From assembly GCA_964016885.1 (NCBI GenBank), contig CAXHJY010001727.1, positions 32,021 through 96,020 of the forward strand: a stretch of DNA of 64,000 nucleotides, in the 5' to 3' direction. The position numbers and the translations under genes are program-made. Below the pieces are notes generated by a model. It searched no databases. It was not told the DNA's origin and was given only the letters and a program-made list of their open reading frames with translations. The stretch is from Eledone cirrhosa (Eukaryota). Shown here in pieces: positions 44,036 to 64,000 of this stretch. The first letter of the stretch is position 1; every line of letters begins with the position of its first letter.

Positions 44036-44253
44036 TAATATAAGATCAAAAGATGGTTAAACGAGTTCCATGTATTTTATTATGCGCATTTCAAAAACAA
44101 ACATCATCATGCAATAATGTTTGTGTTTTCATCAGATAAAACAGGAGAACATGATATGAAGGCTAAAAAACACTTGTGGGTAGTGCAGTTTTAAATCAAC
44201 TTATCCGATATCTGCATTGCTTTATTGTACTACAATAAAACTCACCTCCTACA
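44036..44253 (-). mobile_element. 218-bp mini-copy of the 51.3-54.1 kb PLE (inverted tail plus pLTR)
   Basis: 44200-44253 is the reverse complement of 51259-51312. 44036-44199 is the reverse complement of about 53965-54130 with a few substitutions. Confidence 0.9.
44074..44142 (-). ncRNA. Minimal type I hammerhead ribozyme
   Basis: Reverse complement: TTTTAT-CTGATGA-AAACACAAACATTATT GCAT GATGATGTTTGTTTTT-GAAA-TGCGCA-TA-ATAAAA. Confidence 0.88.
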
Positions 44254-46841
44254 TTATATATACATATATATATCTATATCTATATATATACACATACATA
44301 TATATATCTATATATATACACATACATACATATATATATGTATCTATATATATACACATACATACATATATATATGTATCTATATATATACACATACATA
44401 TATATATACATATATATATATATATACACATACATACATATATATACACATACATACATATATATACACATACATACATATATATATACACATACATACA
44501 TACACATACATACATATATATATACACATACATACATATATATATACACATACATACATATATACACATACATACATATATATATACACATACATACATA
44601 TATCTATATATATATATATACACATACATACATATATATACATATATATATATACACATACATACATATATATACATATATACACACATACATACATATA
44701 TACACATACATATATATACATATATACACATACATATATATACATATATACACATACATACATATATATACATATATACACATACATACATATACATATA
44801 TACACATACATACATATATATACATAAATACATATATATACATAAATACATATATATACATATATACACATACATACATATACATATATACACATACATA
44901 CATATATATACACATACATACATATATATACATATATACACATACATATATATACATATATACACATACATACATATATACACATACATACACATACATA
45001 CATATATACACATACATACATATATACACATACATACATATATATACACATACATACATATATATACACATACATACATATATATATACACATACATACA
45101 TATATATATACACATACATACATATATATATACACATACATACATATATATATACACATACATACATATATATATATACACATACATATATATATACACA
45201 TACATATATATATACACATACATATATATATACACATACATACATATATATATATATATACACATACATACATATATATATATACACACATACATACACA
45301 TACATACATATATATATACACATACATACATATATATATACACATACATACATACACATACATACATATATATATACACATACATACATATATATATACA
45401 CATACATACATATACATATACACATACATACATATATATACATATATATATATACATATATATATATACACATATATATATATATACATATATATATATA
45501 CACATACGTATATATAAATATATATATATATATACACATACATATATATAAATATATATATATATATACACATACATATATATACACATACATATATATA
45601 AATATATATATATATATATACACATACATATATATAAATATATATATATATATATACACATACATATATATACATACATATATATAAATATATATATATA
45701 TATATACACATACATATATATACATACATATATATAAATATATATATATATATATACACATACATATATATACACATACATATATATACACATACATATA
45801 TATAAATATATATATATATATATACACATACATATATATAAATATATATATATATATATACACATACATATATATACACATACATATATATAAATATATA
45901 TATATATATATACACACATATATATACACATACATATATATAAATATATATATATATATACATATATATATGTATACACATACATATATATATATATACA
46001 TATATATATGTATACACATACATATATATATATACATATATATATGTATACACATACATATATATATACATATATATATGTATACACATACATATATATA
46101 TACATATATATATGTATACACATACATATATATATATATACATATATATATGTATACACATACATATATATATATATACATATATATATGTATACACATA
46201 CATATATATATATATACATATACATATGTATACACATACATATATATATATATACATATATATATGTATACACATACATATATATATATATACATATATA
46301 TATGTATACACATACATATATATATATATATACATATATATATATGTATACACATACATATATATATATATATACATATATATATGTATACACATACATA
46401 TATATACACATACATATATATATATACATATATATATGTATACACATACATATATATATATATACATATATATATGTATACACATACATATATATATATA
46501 TACATATATATATGTATACACATACATATATATATATATACATATATATATGTATACACATACATACATATATATACATATATATATGTATACACATACA
46601 TACATATATATATGTATACACATACATATATATATGTATACACATACATATATATATGTATACACATACATATATATATGTATACACATACATACATATA
46701 TGTATACACATACATACATATATGTATACACATACATACATATATGTATACACATACATATATATATGTATACACATACATACATACATATATATATGTA
46801 TACACATACATACATATATATACATACATATATATGTATAC

Positions 46842-46875
<34 letters not shown>

Positions 46876-46879
46876 ATAC

Positions 46880-46913
<34 letters not shown>

Positions 46914-46995
46914 ATACACATACATATATATACATACATATATATGTATACACGTACATATATATACATACATACATATATATGTATACACATAC

Positions 46996-47031
<36 letters not shown>

Positions 47032-47152
47032 GTATACACATACATATATATACATACATATATATGTATACACATACATATATATGTATACACATACATA
47101 TATATGTATACACATACATATATATATACATACATATATATGTATACAAATA

Positions 47153-47637
47153 CATCATCATCATCATCGTTTAACGTCCATGTTCCACGCTTGCATGGGT
47201 TTGGACGGGAGTTTTCCCACTTGAGGCAAGAGTGGTTGTCTTGCTTGCATAGGACTGTCTGGATGCCCTTCCTAAGACCAACCACATTTACAGTGTGGAA
47301 CTGGGAGGTTTTTACCGTGTTGCCTACACGGCCACATTACAGCGTGGACTGTGTGTTTTTTGTCGTGACACCTACACGATCTCATTTGTTTCGGCCTGGA
47401 TGTTGTGGCACCAACGTAACTTTACATTGAAAGGGGCGGTGTGGATGAGGTGGGGGTGGTGTGACGGGGGCGTATTTTGTTAGAGATGCCTACTGACAGT
47501 AGTAGGTTTACTTTGTATTTAGGCAAGGCGGGTCTTCTCTATTACTGAGTACCGCCGAAGATCTCGGTCCAGTGACATTGTCTTGGAGAGGTGTAAGTGT
47601 GTGAGGTCGGAATTTATCAGGTCGTCCCAGGTTTTCC
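47153..47637 (-). mobile_element. 3' end of the same RTE family
   Basis: Encodes [26 protein letters not shown], plus the 3' UTR and a (GAT)n tail. Confidence 0.92.
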
Positions 47638-48209
47638 TATATATACATATATATACACATATGTATATATACATATATATACATATACACATATATATAG
47701 ATACATATACATATACATATATACATATACACATATATATAGATACATATACATATACATATATACATATACATATACATATACATACACATATACATAT
47801 ATACATATACATATACATACATATACATACATACATATACATATATATACATACATATACATATATATATACATATATATATACATACATATATATATAC
47901 ATACATATACATATACATACATATACATATATATATACATACATATACATATATATATACATACATATACATATATATATACATACATATACATATATAC
48001 ATATATATATACATACATATATACATACATATACATATCTACATATACATATATAATATATACATACATACATATATACATACATATATATATATACATA
48101 CATATATACATATATATATACATATATATATACAAACATATATATATACATATATATATACATACATATATACATACATATATATATACATACATATATA
48201 CATATATAT

Positions 48210-49141
48210 ATCCAGGATCTGGATGCCATATACAAATGGGCGGAAGAAAACAACATGCAGTTTAATGCTGGCAAATTCCAAGCCCTACAATACAAACCTG
48301 CAAACACAAACACAAATATAGCGGAACACAGCTACACAGGACCAGGAGGGACCGATATCCCCGTGTCAAAATCGATACGAGACCTGGGCATAGACATGAG
48401 CGATGATGCATCTTTTTCTTCACACATCATGAAGGTGGCGACAGCATGTAGACGATTCGCTGGCTGGATCTTGAGGACTTTCCTTACAAGAGATCGAGAC
48501 ACCATGTTGACACTGTGGAGGACTTTTGTCCTAAGCCGCCTGGACTACTGCTCCCAGCTGTGGTCACCCCATAGTGTCAAACTAACCACAGAGCTTGAGG
48601 CAATCCAGCGAAGCTACACCAAGAGGATTGCCAAGATGAGGGAGACAAGCTACTGGGAGAGGCTGAAGGAACTGAACCTCTACTCCTTGGAGCGAAGACG
48701 GGAGAGATACGCAGTGATCTACATGTGGAAAATCCTGGAGGGACTAGCACCAAACTTTGGCATTGGGAGCTGGACCAACCGTCGAACAGGACGTCACTGT
48801 GTGGTGCCAAAGGTCCCGTCTTCCACATCTAGAATAAGGAGCAGGTATTGCAATAGCCTGGGATTCAAGGGCCCTCAACTCTTCAACAGGCTGCCGAGGC
48901 ATCTGCGAGACTTGCATGACGTGGAGGTGGATGTCTTTAAGAAACATCTCGACACCTTGTTATCCAGGATCCCAGATGAGCCCACAGCAAGACACGAGGG
49001 AAACCTAAGGGCAGCAGCAACAAACTCCCTCCTACACCAGTGGCCAACCTATACAGGCTGGAGATAAAATGTGTAGCAACAAGGGCGGTGCCCCAGCATG
49101 GCCTCAGCCGGATGGCTGAAACAGGTAAAAGAGTAAAAGAG
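48210..49141 (+). mobile_element. CR1-group LINE 3' fragment
   Basis: [38 protein letters not shown] and [18 protein letters not shown]; short 3' UTR ending in (GTAAAAGA)2. Confidence 0.9.
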
Positions 49142-49952
49142 TATGTATATATACATATACATATATACATACATATATATACACATACATATATATATAC
49201 ATACATATATATATACATACATATATATATACTTATATATACATGTATATATATACATGTATATATATACATATATATACATACATATACATGTATATAT
49301 ATACATGTATATATATACATATATATACATACATATACATATATATATATACATACATATACATACATATATATACATACATATACATACATATATACAT
49401 ACATATATATACATATACATACACATATATATACATATATATACACATATATATACATATATATACACATATATATGTATATATACATATATATATACAT
49501 ATATATACATATATATATACATATATATACATATAGATATATACATATATATACATATAGATATATACATATATATACATATATATGTATAGATATATAT
49601 ACATATATATACATATATATATAGATATATATACATATATATACATATATATACATATACATCTATATACATATACATACATATACATCTATATACATAT
49701 ACATATATATACATCTATATACATATACATCTATATACATATACATCTATATACATATACATATATATTATACATATACATACATATATACCTATACATA
49801 TATATATATACATATACATATATACCTATACATATATATATACATATATATATATACATATACATATATATATACATATATATATATACATATACATATA
49901 TATATACATATATATATATACATATACATATATACCTATATACATATATATA

Positions 49953-49983
<31 letters not shown>

Positions 49984-51003
49984 ACATATTTATATACAAA
50001 CACATATATATATATATAAATACATATATATACATATATATAATATATATACACATATATATATATACATATACACACATATATATATATATATACATAT
50101 ACACACATATATATATATATATACATATACACACATATATATATATACATATACACACATATATATATATTCATATACACACATATATATATATATACAT
50201 ATACACACATATATATATATATACATATACACAAATATATATATATATACATATACACACATATATATATATATACATATACACACATATATATATATAT
50301 ACATATACACACATATATATATATATACATATACACACATATATATATATATACATATACACATATATATATATACATATACACATATATATATATACAT
50401 ATAACACATATATATATATACATATACACATATATATATATACATATACACACATATATATATATACATATACACACATATATATATACATATACACACA
50501 TATATATATATACATATACACACATATATATATATACATATACACACATATATATATATACATATACACACATATATATATACATATACACACATATATA
50601 TATATACATATACACACATAATATATATATACATATACACACATATATATATATATACACATATATATATATACATATACACACATATATATATATATAC
50701 ACATATATATATACATATACACACATATATATATACATATACACATATATATATATACATATACACATATATATATATACATATACACATATATATATAT
50801 ACATATACACATATATATATATACATATATATATGTATATATATACATATATATACATATATATATATATACATATATATACATATATATATATATGTAA
50901 TATATACATTATATACATATACATATATATATATATACATATATATATATACATATATATATACATATACATATATATATATATATACATATATAATATA
51001 TAC

Positions 51004-51036
<33 letters not shown>

Positions 51037-51119
51037 CATATATATATACATATACATATATATATATATATACATATATATATACATATACATATATATA
51101 TATATATACATATATATAC

Positions 51120-51154
<35 letters not shown>

Positions 51155-51201
51155 CATATATATATACATATACATATATATATATATATACATATATATA
51201 C

Positions 51202-51234
<33 letters not shown>

Positions 51235-51258
51235 CATATATATATACATATACATATA

Positions 51259-54130
51259 TGTAGGAGGTGAGTTTTATTGTAGTACAATAAAGCAATGCAG
51301 ATATCGGATAAGAAGCACTCTACAGTTTGTGGGACTGGAGTATGCATAATATAAGATCAAACTTCGACATCACAATGGGAGCATCCGATTCATCCCAATT
51401 GACTGATTTAATTGGTATCTTCATTTTGAACTCTTTGAGTCGGAAAATTCCTCAACTTCGCGGTGGAATTTATCGTGACGATGGACTCTTTACTATCCTA
51501 AATTGCAATATAGTTAAACTTAATATTATTAAGAACAATATACGTAATCTCTTTAACCAACATAACCTAAAAATTGAATTTGATAATAGTACCAAACTAG
51601 CTAATTTCTTGGATGTATCTCTTAATCTTGACACTGGCCTATATTACCCTTACCATAAAAACAATGAGAATCTTAATTATGTTAACTTTAAATCTAACCA
51701 TCCTACCAATATCAAGAATGCTATAGTTAATAATATTGGAAATAGAATATCTAACATATCTTCTAATAAAAACATCTTTGATGCTAACGCCAATTACTAT
51801 AATAACGCACTTTCTAAAGCTGGCTATCCAGATAAAATCAAATATAATAAAGAAACAAATTCTAGGAAAACTTACAGTAGAATATTTAATCATAACCATT
51901 CCAATAATTTTAATAAAAGACCTAGATACAAAAACATAATCTGGTATAATGCTCCTTTCTCCATCTCTATTAATAACAATATTCCTAAATTATTTTTTAG
52001 TGCCTTAAATAAATGCTTCCCTCCCTCACATATCTATAGTAAAATATTTAACAAACACACCATTAAATTTTCGTATTCTACATCCTCCAATATTTCCAAC
52101 ATCATTTCTAAACACAACAACAAAATATTAAATACTAAATCTCTTCCTTCCAATATTGAATCTCATAATAACAATAATAGTACTCCTGACGTCATTGTAA
52201 ACCCTAGGCTAACTTCTGTAAACCCAAATGCAACGTCAAACACAACTTCGCTAAATGTTCATAATCCAACTCTAAATCAAGAAACTATTATTCCTATTAT
52301 TCCTATCGCAAACAACTTCTCCAATCCAATTCCTTCTATAGATAACACTAGATCACTCATTAATAATCTCTCTAATTGCAACTGCCGCATTAAAAATAAA
52401 TGTCCTCTCAACAACCATTGCCTCGATAAAAACTTAATTTATGAATGTAAAATTATAACTAGCACCAACTCCTTCACCTATTTTGGCTCCACTTCCACCT
52501 CTTTTAAAGCTCGTCTCTATAATCATCATTCATCTTTCAAATACAAACTTAAAAGAACTAACACTGCTCTCTCAGAACTCATATGGTCCTTAAAAGACAA
52601 AAACATTAAATATAACATCTTTTGGAAAAAGATTTCTTCTGCATCCTCGTACTTGAACAGTTCTCTATCTAAAATCTGTAATCTCTGCCTAAATGAAAAA
52701 TTTACCATTATCTCTAACCTAGAATCCATAATAAATAGACGCTCGGATTTGTTTTCCATCTGCCTTCATAAATTCCATAGAACTTTTCACAAAGTATACA
52801 GTTAATATTCAATTCTTTATCAATTTAGAATCTTTTCTCAAAGGCACATATACATACACCTCTTTAAAATATACCCATCTACCTTACTTTAAAGGGCATT
52901 ATATACTCTATAGTACTCGTTTATTCATTTACCTCATCCTATCTTCTCGTAAAACAATAACATTTGTTTTTGACATTTTGAATATTCATCCGCAATCATT
53001 ATTATTTTTTTTTCCCTCTATCATAAATCTTTTTAATCTCAATTTCATCCTTAATTTATTATTATATATATTTTTTTTAATATATACTCATATATTCTTT
53101 AAAATATACCCATCTACCTTACTTTAAAGGGCATTATACACTCTATAATACCCGTTTACTCATCACCCTCATTATATCTCTTCGTAAAACAATAACATTT
53201 GTTTTTGACATTTTGAGTATTCATCCGCAATCATTATTATTTTTTCTCTCTATCATAAATCTTTTTAATCTCAATTTCATCCTTAATTTATTATTATTAT
53301 TTTTTTCTCCCCATCAACGAACTCATTATTAATACATATGAATTCAATATAAATTTTTCTCAAATCCTATACATAAACATTTTCTCTTTGCTAATTTTAA
53401 GATTCCTACATTTCTCCTTTTGAATATTCACCCACAATTATTATTTTTTTCTCTCTATCTCCATACATAATCTCCCTTCGTTATTTTTTTCTCTCTATCT
53501 CCATACATAATTTCCCTTCGTTAATTTTCAAATTCCTTTAATTTATACATTATCTTCCAACGGTTCCCAACCTCTCTATATTAAAACATTATATCTTTTT
53601 CTCAGTTATAAAAACTATCTCTTTCTCTCTATCACCCATCTCTCCCTTTCCACCTTCACTCTCATCTCCTCCCCTTTTTTTCATCCTTTCCACCCCCACC
53701 CCTCCCTAAATATAATATATTTTTTCCTCGCACATATCCTCCCTTCGTTAATTTTCAAAATTTTTAATTTATACAGTATCTTCCAACGGTTTTCAACCCC
53801 TCTATATAAAATATATCTCCTCTCTGTTATAAAAACTATCTCTTTCTCTCTATCACCCATCTCTCCCTCTCATCTCCTTCCCTTTTCATCCTTTTCTCTC
53901 CCCCCCTCTCTAAATAAAATATTTTTCCCAATATCACACATCAATCTAAAACCACTTTTCATATGTTGATTTAAAACTGCACTATCAACAAGTGTTTTTT
54001 TAGCCTTCATATCATGTTCTCCTGTTTTATCTGATGAAAACACAAATATTATTGTTTGATGATGTTTGTTTTTGAAATGCGCATAATAAAATATATTGAA
54101 CTCCTTTAACCATCTTTTGATCTTATATTA
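51259..54130 (+). mobile_element. Penelope-like element: inverted 5' tail (51259-51361), RT and GIY-YIG ORF (to 52805), long 3'UTR and hammerhead-containing pLTR
   Basis: FDITMGASDSSQLTDLIG, GGIYRDDGLF, NFLDVSL, YVNFKSNHP, CNCR..CPL..C and IYECKI...TYFGST. TAATATAAGATCAAA at about 51347-51361 is the reverse complement of the element's 3' end. Confidence 0.93.
54024..54092 (+). ncRNA. Minimal type I hammerhead ribozyme
   Basis: TTTTAT-CTGATGA-long stem II-GAAA-TGCGCA-TA-ATAAAA; predicted cleavage after 54085. Confidence 0.88.
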
Positions 54131-59399
<5,269 letters not shown>

Positions 59400-61473
59400 T
59401 CGACCCAATAGAGGGACCAGCAGTGTTAGTCGAGGGGAGTATAATAAGGCAATCAAGGATATGAAGACGGGTAAGGCGGCTGGGCCTTTGGAAATAGTTG
59501 CTGAGATGCTGAAGGCATCTGGCACGGTGGGACACACCATGGTCACCCGCATAGTTAACCAAGTCGTACAGAATGGGGTTTTTCCGAAGGACTGGCATAG
59601 CAGCATCATCGTTAACTGTTATAAGGGTAAAGGAGACGCCCTAGATAGGAGTAACTATAGAGGCATTAAATTAATCGACCAGGTCATGAAGGTCACGGAA
59701 AAAGTAATAGCGCAACTAATCAGAGAGAGAATTGACCTAGATGAAATGCAGTTCGGGTTTGTGTCAGGCAAAAGTACCACAGACGCTCTTTTCATAGTAC
59801 GACAACTACAGGAGAAGTACCTAGCTAAAGGTAAACCCCTCTACTTAGCTTTTGTCGACTTGGAGAAAGCCTTCGACAGAGTCCCCCGCTCCATTATCTG
59901 GTGGGCTCTTAGAAAACTAGGCGTTGACGAATGGCTTGTGAGGGCTATACAAGCCATGTATAAAGAAACAGTCAGCAAGGTTAGAATTAACAACGAATAT
60001 AGTGAAGAGTTTAGCGTAAAAGTTGGCGTCCATCAGGGCTCTGTTCTCAGCCCCCTACTATTTATTATTGCCCTTCAGGCTATAACAGAGGAGTTCAAGA
60101 CAGGCTGCCCATGGGAACTCCTATACGCAGACGACCTGACACTCATAGCGGAATCAATGGCCGAGCTAGAGAAGAAATTCCAAACATGGAAGCACGGCCT
60201 AGAGTCAAAAGGACTTAAAATTAACCTGGCTAAGACCAAAGTACTAGTTTGTAGGAAAGAAAACAAGGCGGCGGTCCCTTCTGGGAAATGGTCGTGCTCG
60301 GTGTGTAGGAAAGGCGTAGGTAGAAACTCCATTTTATGTCCTAAATGCAAAGTATGGGTGCATAAAAGATGTAGTGGGATCACAGGTAAGCTAACTAAGA
60401 ACATAGATTTTACATGTGGCCGGTGTTCTGGTGCAATAAGTAGCAGCAAGTGCCCACAAAATACTAGCTCTTTCAATTGCGCAGAGGGTTCTATAGAAAT
60501 AGTGGACAGCTTCCGTTACCTGGGCGATAAAATCAGCAGTGGGGGAGGGTGCTCAGAAAGTACTGTAGCTAGAGTCAGAACTGGTTGGAAAAAGTTCAGA
60601 GAGCTTATACCACTATTAGCTGCTAAAGGGTTCTCCCTAAAAATGAAAGGCAGGTTGTACGATGCCTGCATACGAACAGCAATGCTGCATGGCAGTGAGA
60701 CCTGGGCATTGTGTGCAGAGGATATACGCAGACTAGAGAGGAACGAAGCTTGCATGCTCCGCTGGATGTGTAACAGTAATATACGTGAACGGCAAAGCAT
60801 AAACGAACTAAGGAAAAAATTAGAGATAAGAGGGATCAGATGTTGTTTACTCGAGAGAAGGCTACGTTGGTATGGACACGTGATGCGCATGAAAGTCGAT
60901 AGCTGTATAACAAAGTGCAGGGCAATAAAGATAGACGGTAGTCACGGAATAGGCAGACCTAGAAAAACCTGGGACGAGCTGATAAACTCCGACATCACAC
61001 ACTCACACCTCTCCAAGACAATGTCACTGGACCGAGACCTTTGGCGGTACTCAGTAACAGAGAAGACCCGCCTTACCTAAATATATAGTAAAACCTACTC
61101 CAGCCAGTAGGCATCTCTAACAAAATACACCCCGTCCCCACCACCACCACCCCCACCCCATCCACACCACCCCGTTCTATGTAAAGTTATGTTGGTGCTG
61201 CGCCATCGAGGCCGAAACAAATGAGATCGTGTAGGTGTCACGACAAAAAAATACACAGTCCACGCTGTAATGTGGCCGTGTAGGCAACATGGTAAAAACC
61301 TCCCAGACCCACACTGTAAATGTGGTTGGTGTTAGGAAGGGCATCCAACTGTAGAAAACCTGCCAGACAGTCCTATGCGAGCAAGACAATCACTCTTGCC
61401 TCAAGTGGGACTACCCCCGTCCAAACCCATGCAAGCATGGAACACGGACGTTAAACGTTGATGATGATGATGA
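59400..61473 (+). mobile_element. RTE-clade LINE, 5'-truncated, with an open RT ORF (59461-61080)
   Basis: Complete RT motifs (NYRGIKL, QFGF, DLEKAFD, QGSVLSP, YADD), an embedded C4HC3 PHD-like finger and a (GAT)n tail. Confidence 0.96.
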
Positions 61474-61596
61474 TATATATATATATATATACACATATAT
61501 ATATATATACATATACATATATATATATACATATACATATATATATATACATACATATATATATATATACATACATATATATATATACATATATAC

Positions 61597-61628
<32 letters not shown>

Positions 61629-61688
61629 ATACATATACATATATATACATATACATATATATATATACATATACATATATACATATAC

Positions 61689-61735
<47 letters not shown>

Positions 61736-61822
61736 CATATATATATATACATATATACATATATAGATATATATACATATATACATATATATATACATAT
61801 ATATATATATATACATATATAC

Positions 61823-61853
<31 letters not shown>

Positions 61854-62014
61854 CATATATATACATATATATATATATACATATATATATACATATATAT
61901 ATACATATACATATATACATATATATATATACATATATATATATACATATATATATACTTATATATATACATATATATATACATATACATATATATATAC
62001 ATATATGTATATAC

Positions 62015-62047
<33 letters not shown>

Positions 62048-62110
62048 CATATATATATACATATATACATATACATATATATATACATATATACATATAT
62101 ATATATATAC

Positions 62111-62155
<45 letters not shown>

Positions 62156-62156
62156 C

Positions 62157-62187
<31 letters not shown>

Positions 62188-62202
62188 CATATATATATAT
62201 AC

Positions 62203-62249
<47 letters not shown>

Positions 62250-62404
62250 CATATATATATATACATATATATATACATATATATATATACATATATATAT
62301 ACATATATATATACATATACATATATATATACATATATATATATACATATATACATATATATATACATATATACATATATATACATATACATATATATAT
62401 ATAC

Positions 62405-62467
<63 letters not shown>

Positions 62468-62476
62468 CATATATAC

Positions 62477-62507
<31 letters not shown>

Positions 62508-62546
62508 CATATATATATATACATATATATATACATATGTATATAC

Positions 62547-62579
<33 letters not shown>

Positions 62580-62590
62580 CATATATATAT
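61474..62590. repeat. Interrupted (TA)n array; another runs 63561-64000
   Basis: Directly visible. Confidence 0.97.
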
Positions 62591-63560
62591 ACATATATAT
62601 ATATATATACATAGCGGCGATGAATTAGTTTTGCGAGGTTTTTTATATGAAATCGTGTGTCGAAACCGATATTGTTATATTTGGGGAGGGTCATATTTGC
62701 GTAATATTGCCAGAATTAATAACAGAACACACTCACTGTTTGGTTGGTTTTCGCTTCTCGCTGTCTTTTATATATATATATCTGCGATCTAACTTACTCG
62801 GTCCTCAATGTTGCCATTGACTGACCGGCGGTCAAAAATAATACAGATACAATATAGACAAACACATATATATATAGTTTACATAAATCTTTCGTTGCAC
62901 ATCTGCAACATCGTCAGTGGTGTTATATTCATTGTTCCTCCTGTTGTGTTGTATGTCTACGCCATTTTTTTTTGTTCAGTCTGTCTATATATTTATTTAT
63001 TTATTTGCTTGTTTGTTTATCTTATTTTATTTTATTTTGTCTTCTTTGCGCATGCGTTTGCGTGTGTGTATAGTGTTATGTGTGATGTGTGACTAGTGTG
63101 TATAGTGTTGTCTGCTGGGTGACTAGTGTGTGTTTATGTGCTTGTGTATGTATTTATTTATCTTATTTTATTTAATTTACTTTACTTATTTATTTATACT
63201 TCTCTTAGGTCAGTGTTGTTTGTTTGGGTGTTGTTGTTGTTCCACTCATTCTTTCTGTTTAGCTTTGGTCTTCTAATTTCTATTTCACTGGCCTCTCTGA
63301 TTTGCCTATCTGCTGGGTCATTCCTATGTTTAGATATTATTCTAATTTCTATGTTGTCTATGTTACCGTCATGGTGTTGTCTAGCATGTTCGTATAGTAC
63401 TGACCCGTTTTTTCGTCCTTTTAGTTCCCCCCAGTGTTGGTCTATCCTTTCACCTATGCTACGAGAAGCGAGAAGCGAAAACCAACCAAACAGTGAGTGT
63501 GTTCTGTTATTAATTCTGGCAATATTACGCAAATATGACCCTCCCCAAATATAACAATAT
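62590..63560 (-). mobile_element. Penelope-like element fragment (GIY-YIG C-terminus, 3'UTR, tail) with an inverted 5' tail
   Basis: [11 protein letters not shown]...[11 protein letters not shown]...RQIREASEI...PKLN at 63194-63467; 94-bp inverted repeat at 62669-62762 and 63467-63560. Confidence 0.85.
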
Positions 63561-63578
63561 ATATACATATATATATAC

Positions 63579-63613
<35 letters not shown>

Positions 63614-63638
63614 CATATATATATACATATATATATAC

Positions 63639-63693
<55 letters not shown>

Positions 63694-63694
63694 C

Positions 63695-63727
<33 letters not shown>

Positions 63728-63728
63728 C

Positions 63729-63781
<53 letters not shown>

Positions 63782-63964
63782 CATATATATATACATATAT
63801 ACATATATATATACATATACATATATATATACATATATACATATACATATATATATATACATATATATATATACATATATACATATATATATACATATAT
63901 ATATATACATATACATATATATATATACATATATATATACATATACATATATATATACATATAC

Positions 63965-63999
<35 letters not shown>

Positions 64000-64000
64000 C

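Larger units (their letters stand above)
43473..51258. repeat. Interrupted (TA)n/(TACA)n arrays with nested retroelement fragments
   Basis: Directly visible. Confidence 0.97.

Overview
This is eukaryotic (animal) genomic DNA, very AT-rich, with roughly half the window made of interrupted (TA)n microsatellite arrays. The SINE/RTE repertoire and the giant TA arrays suggest a cephalopod such as Octopus (inference). The only host coding sequence found is the last two exons of an Sm B/B' (SNRPB-like) gene on the minus strand (14357-14467 and 6747-6787); most of the rest is probably intronic. There is also one tRNA-Thr(TGT) gene or pseudogene. Transposable elements include a decayed Tc1/mariner, a decayed full-length piggyBac with related MITEs, a hAT MITE, three copies of one RTE LINE family carrying a PHD-like finger, two bipartite non-autonomous RTE elements, a Tx1-type LINE, a CR1-group fragment, two SINE families and many Penelope-like element (PLE) pieces. 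The long Tyr/Ile/His-rich ORFs in the track are microsatellite artefacts. The most striking signal is a recurring RNA module at PLE-type ends. About nine minimal type I hammerhead ribozyme candidates from several unrelated families are present. Many are followed about 20-70 nt downstream by a conserved, covarying bulged hairpin (TACTC-stem-loop-stem-TN-GAGTRC), and several insertions end precisely at its 5' edge. This hairpin is a candidate undescribed cis-signal for PLE reverse transcription.
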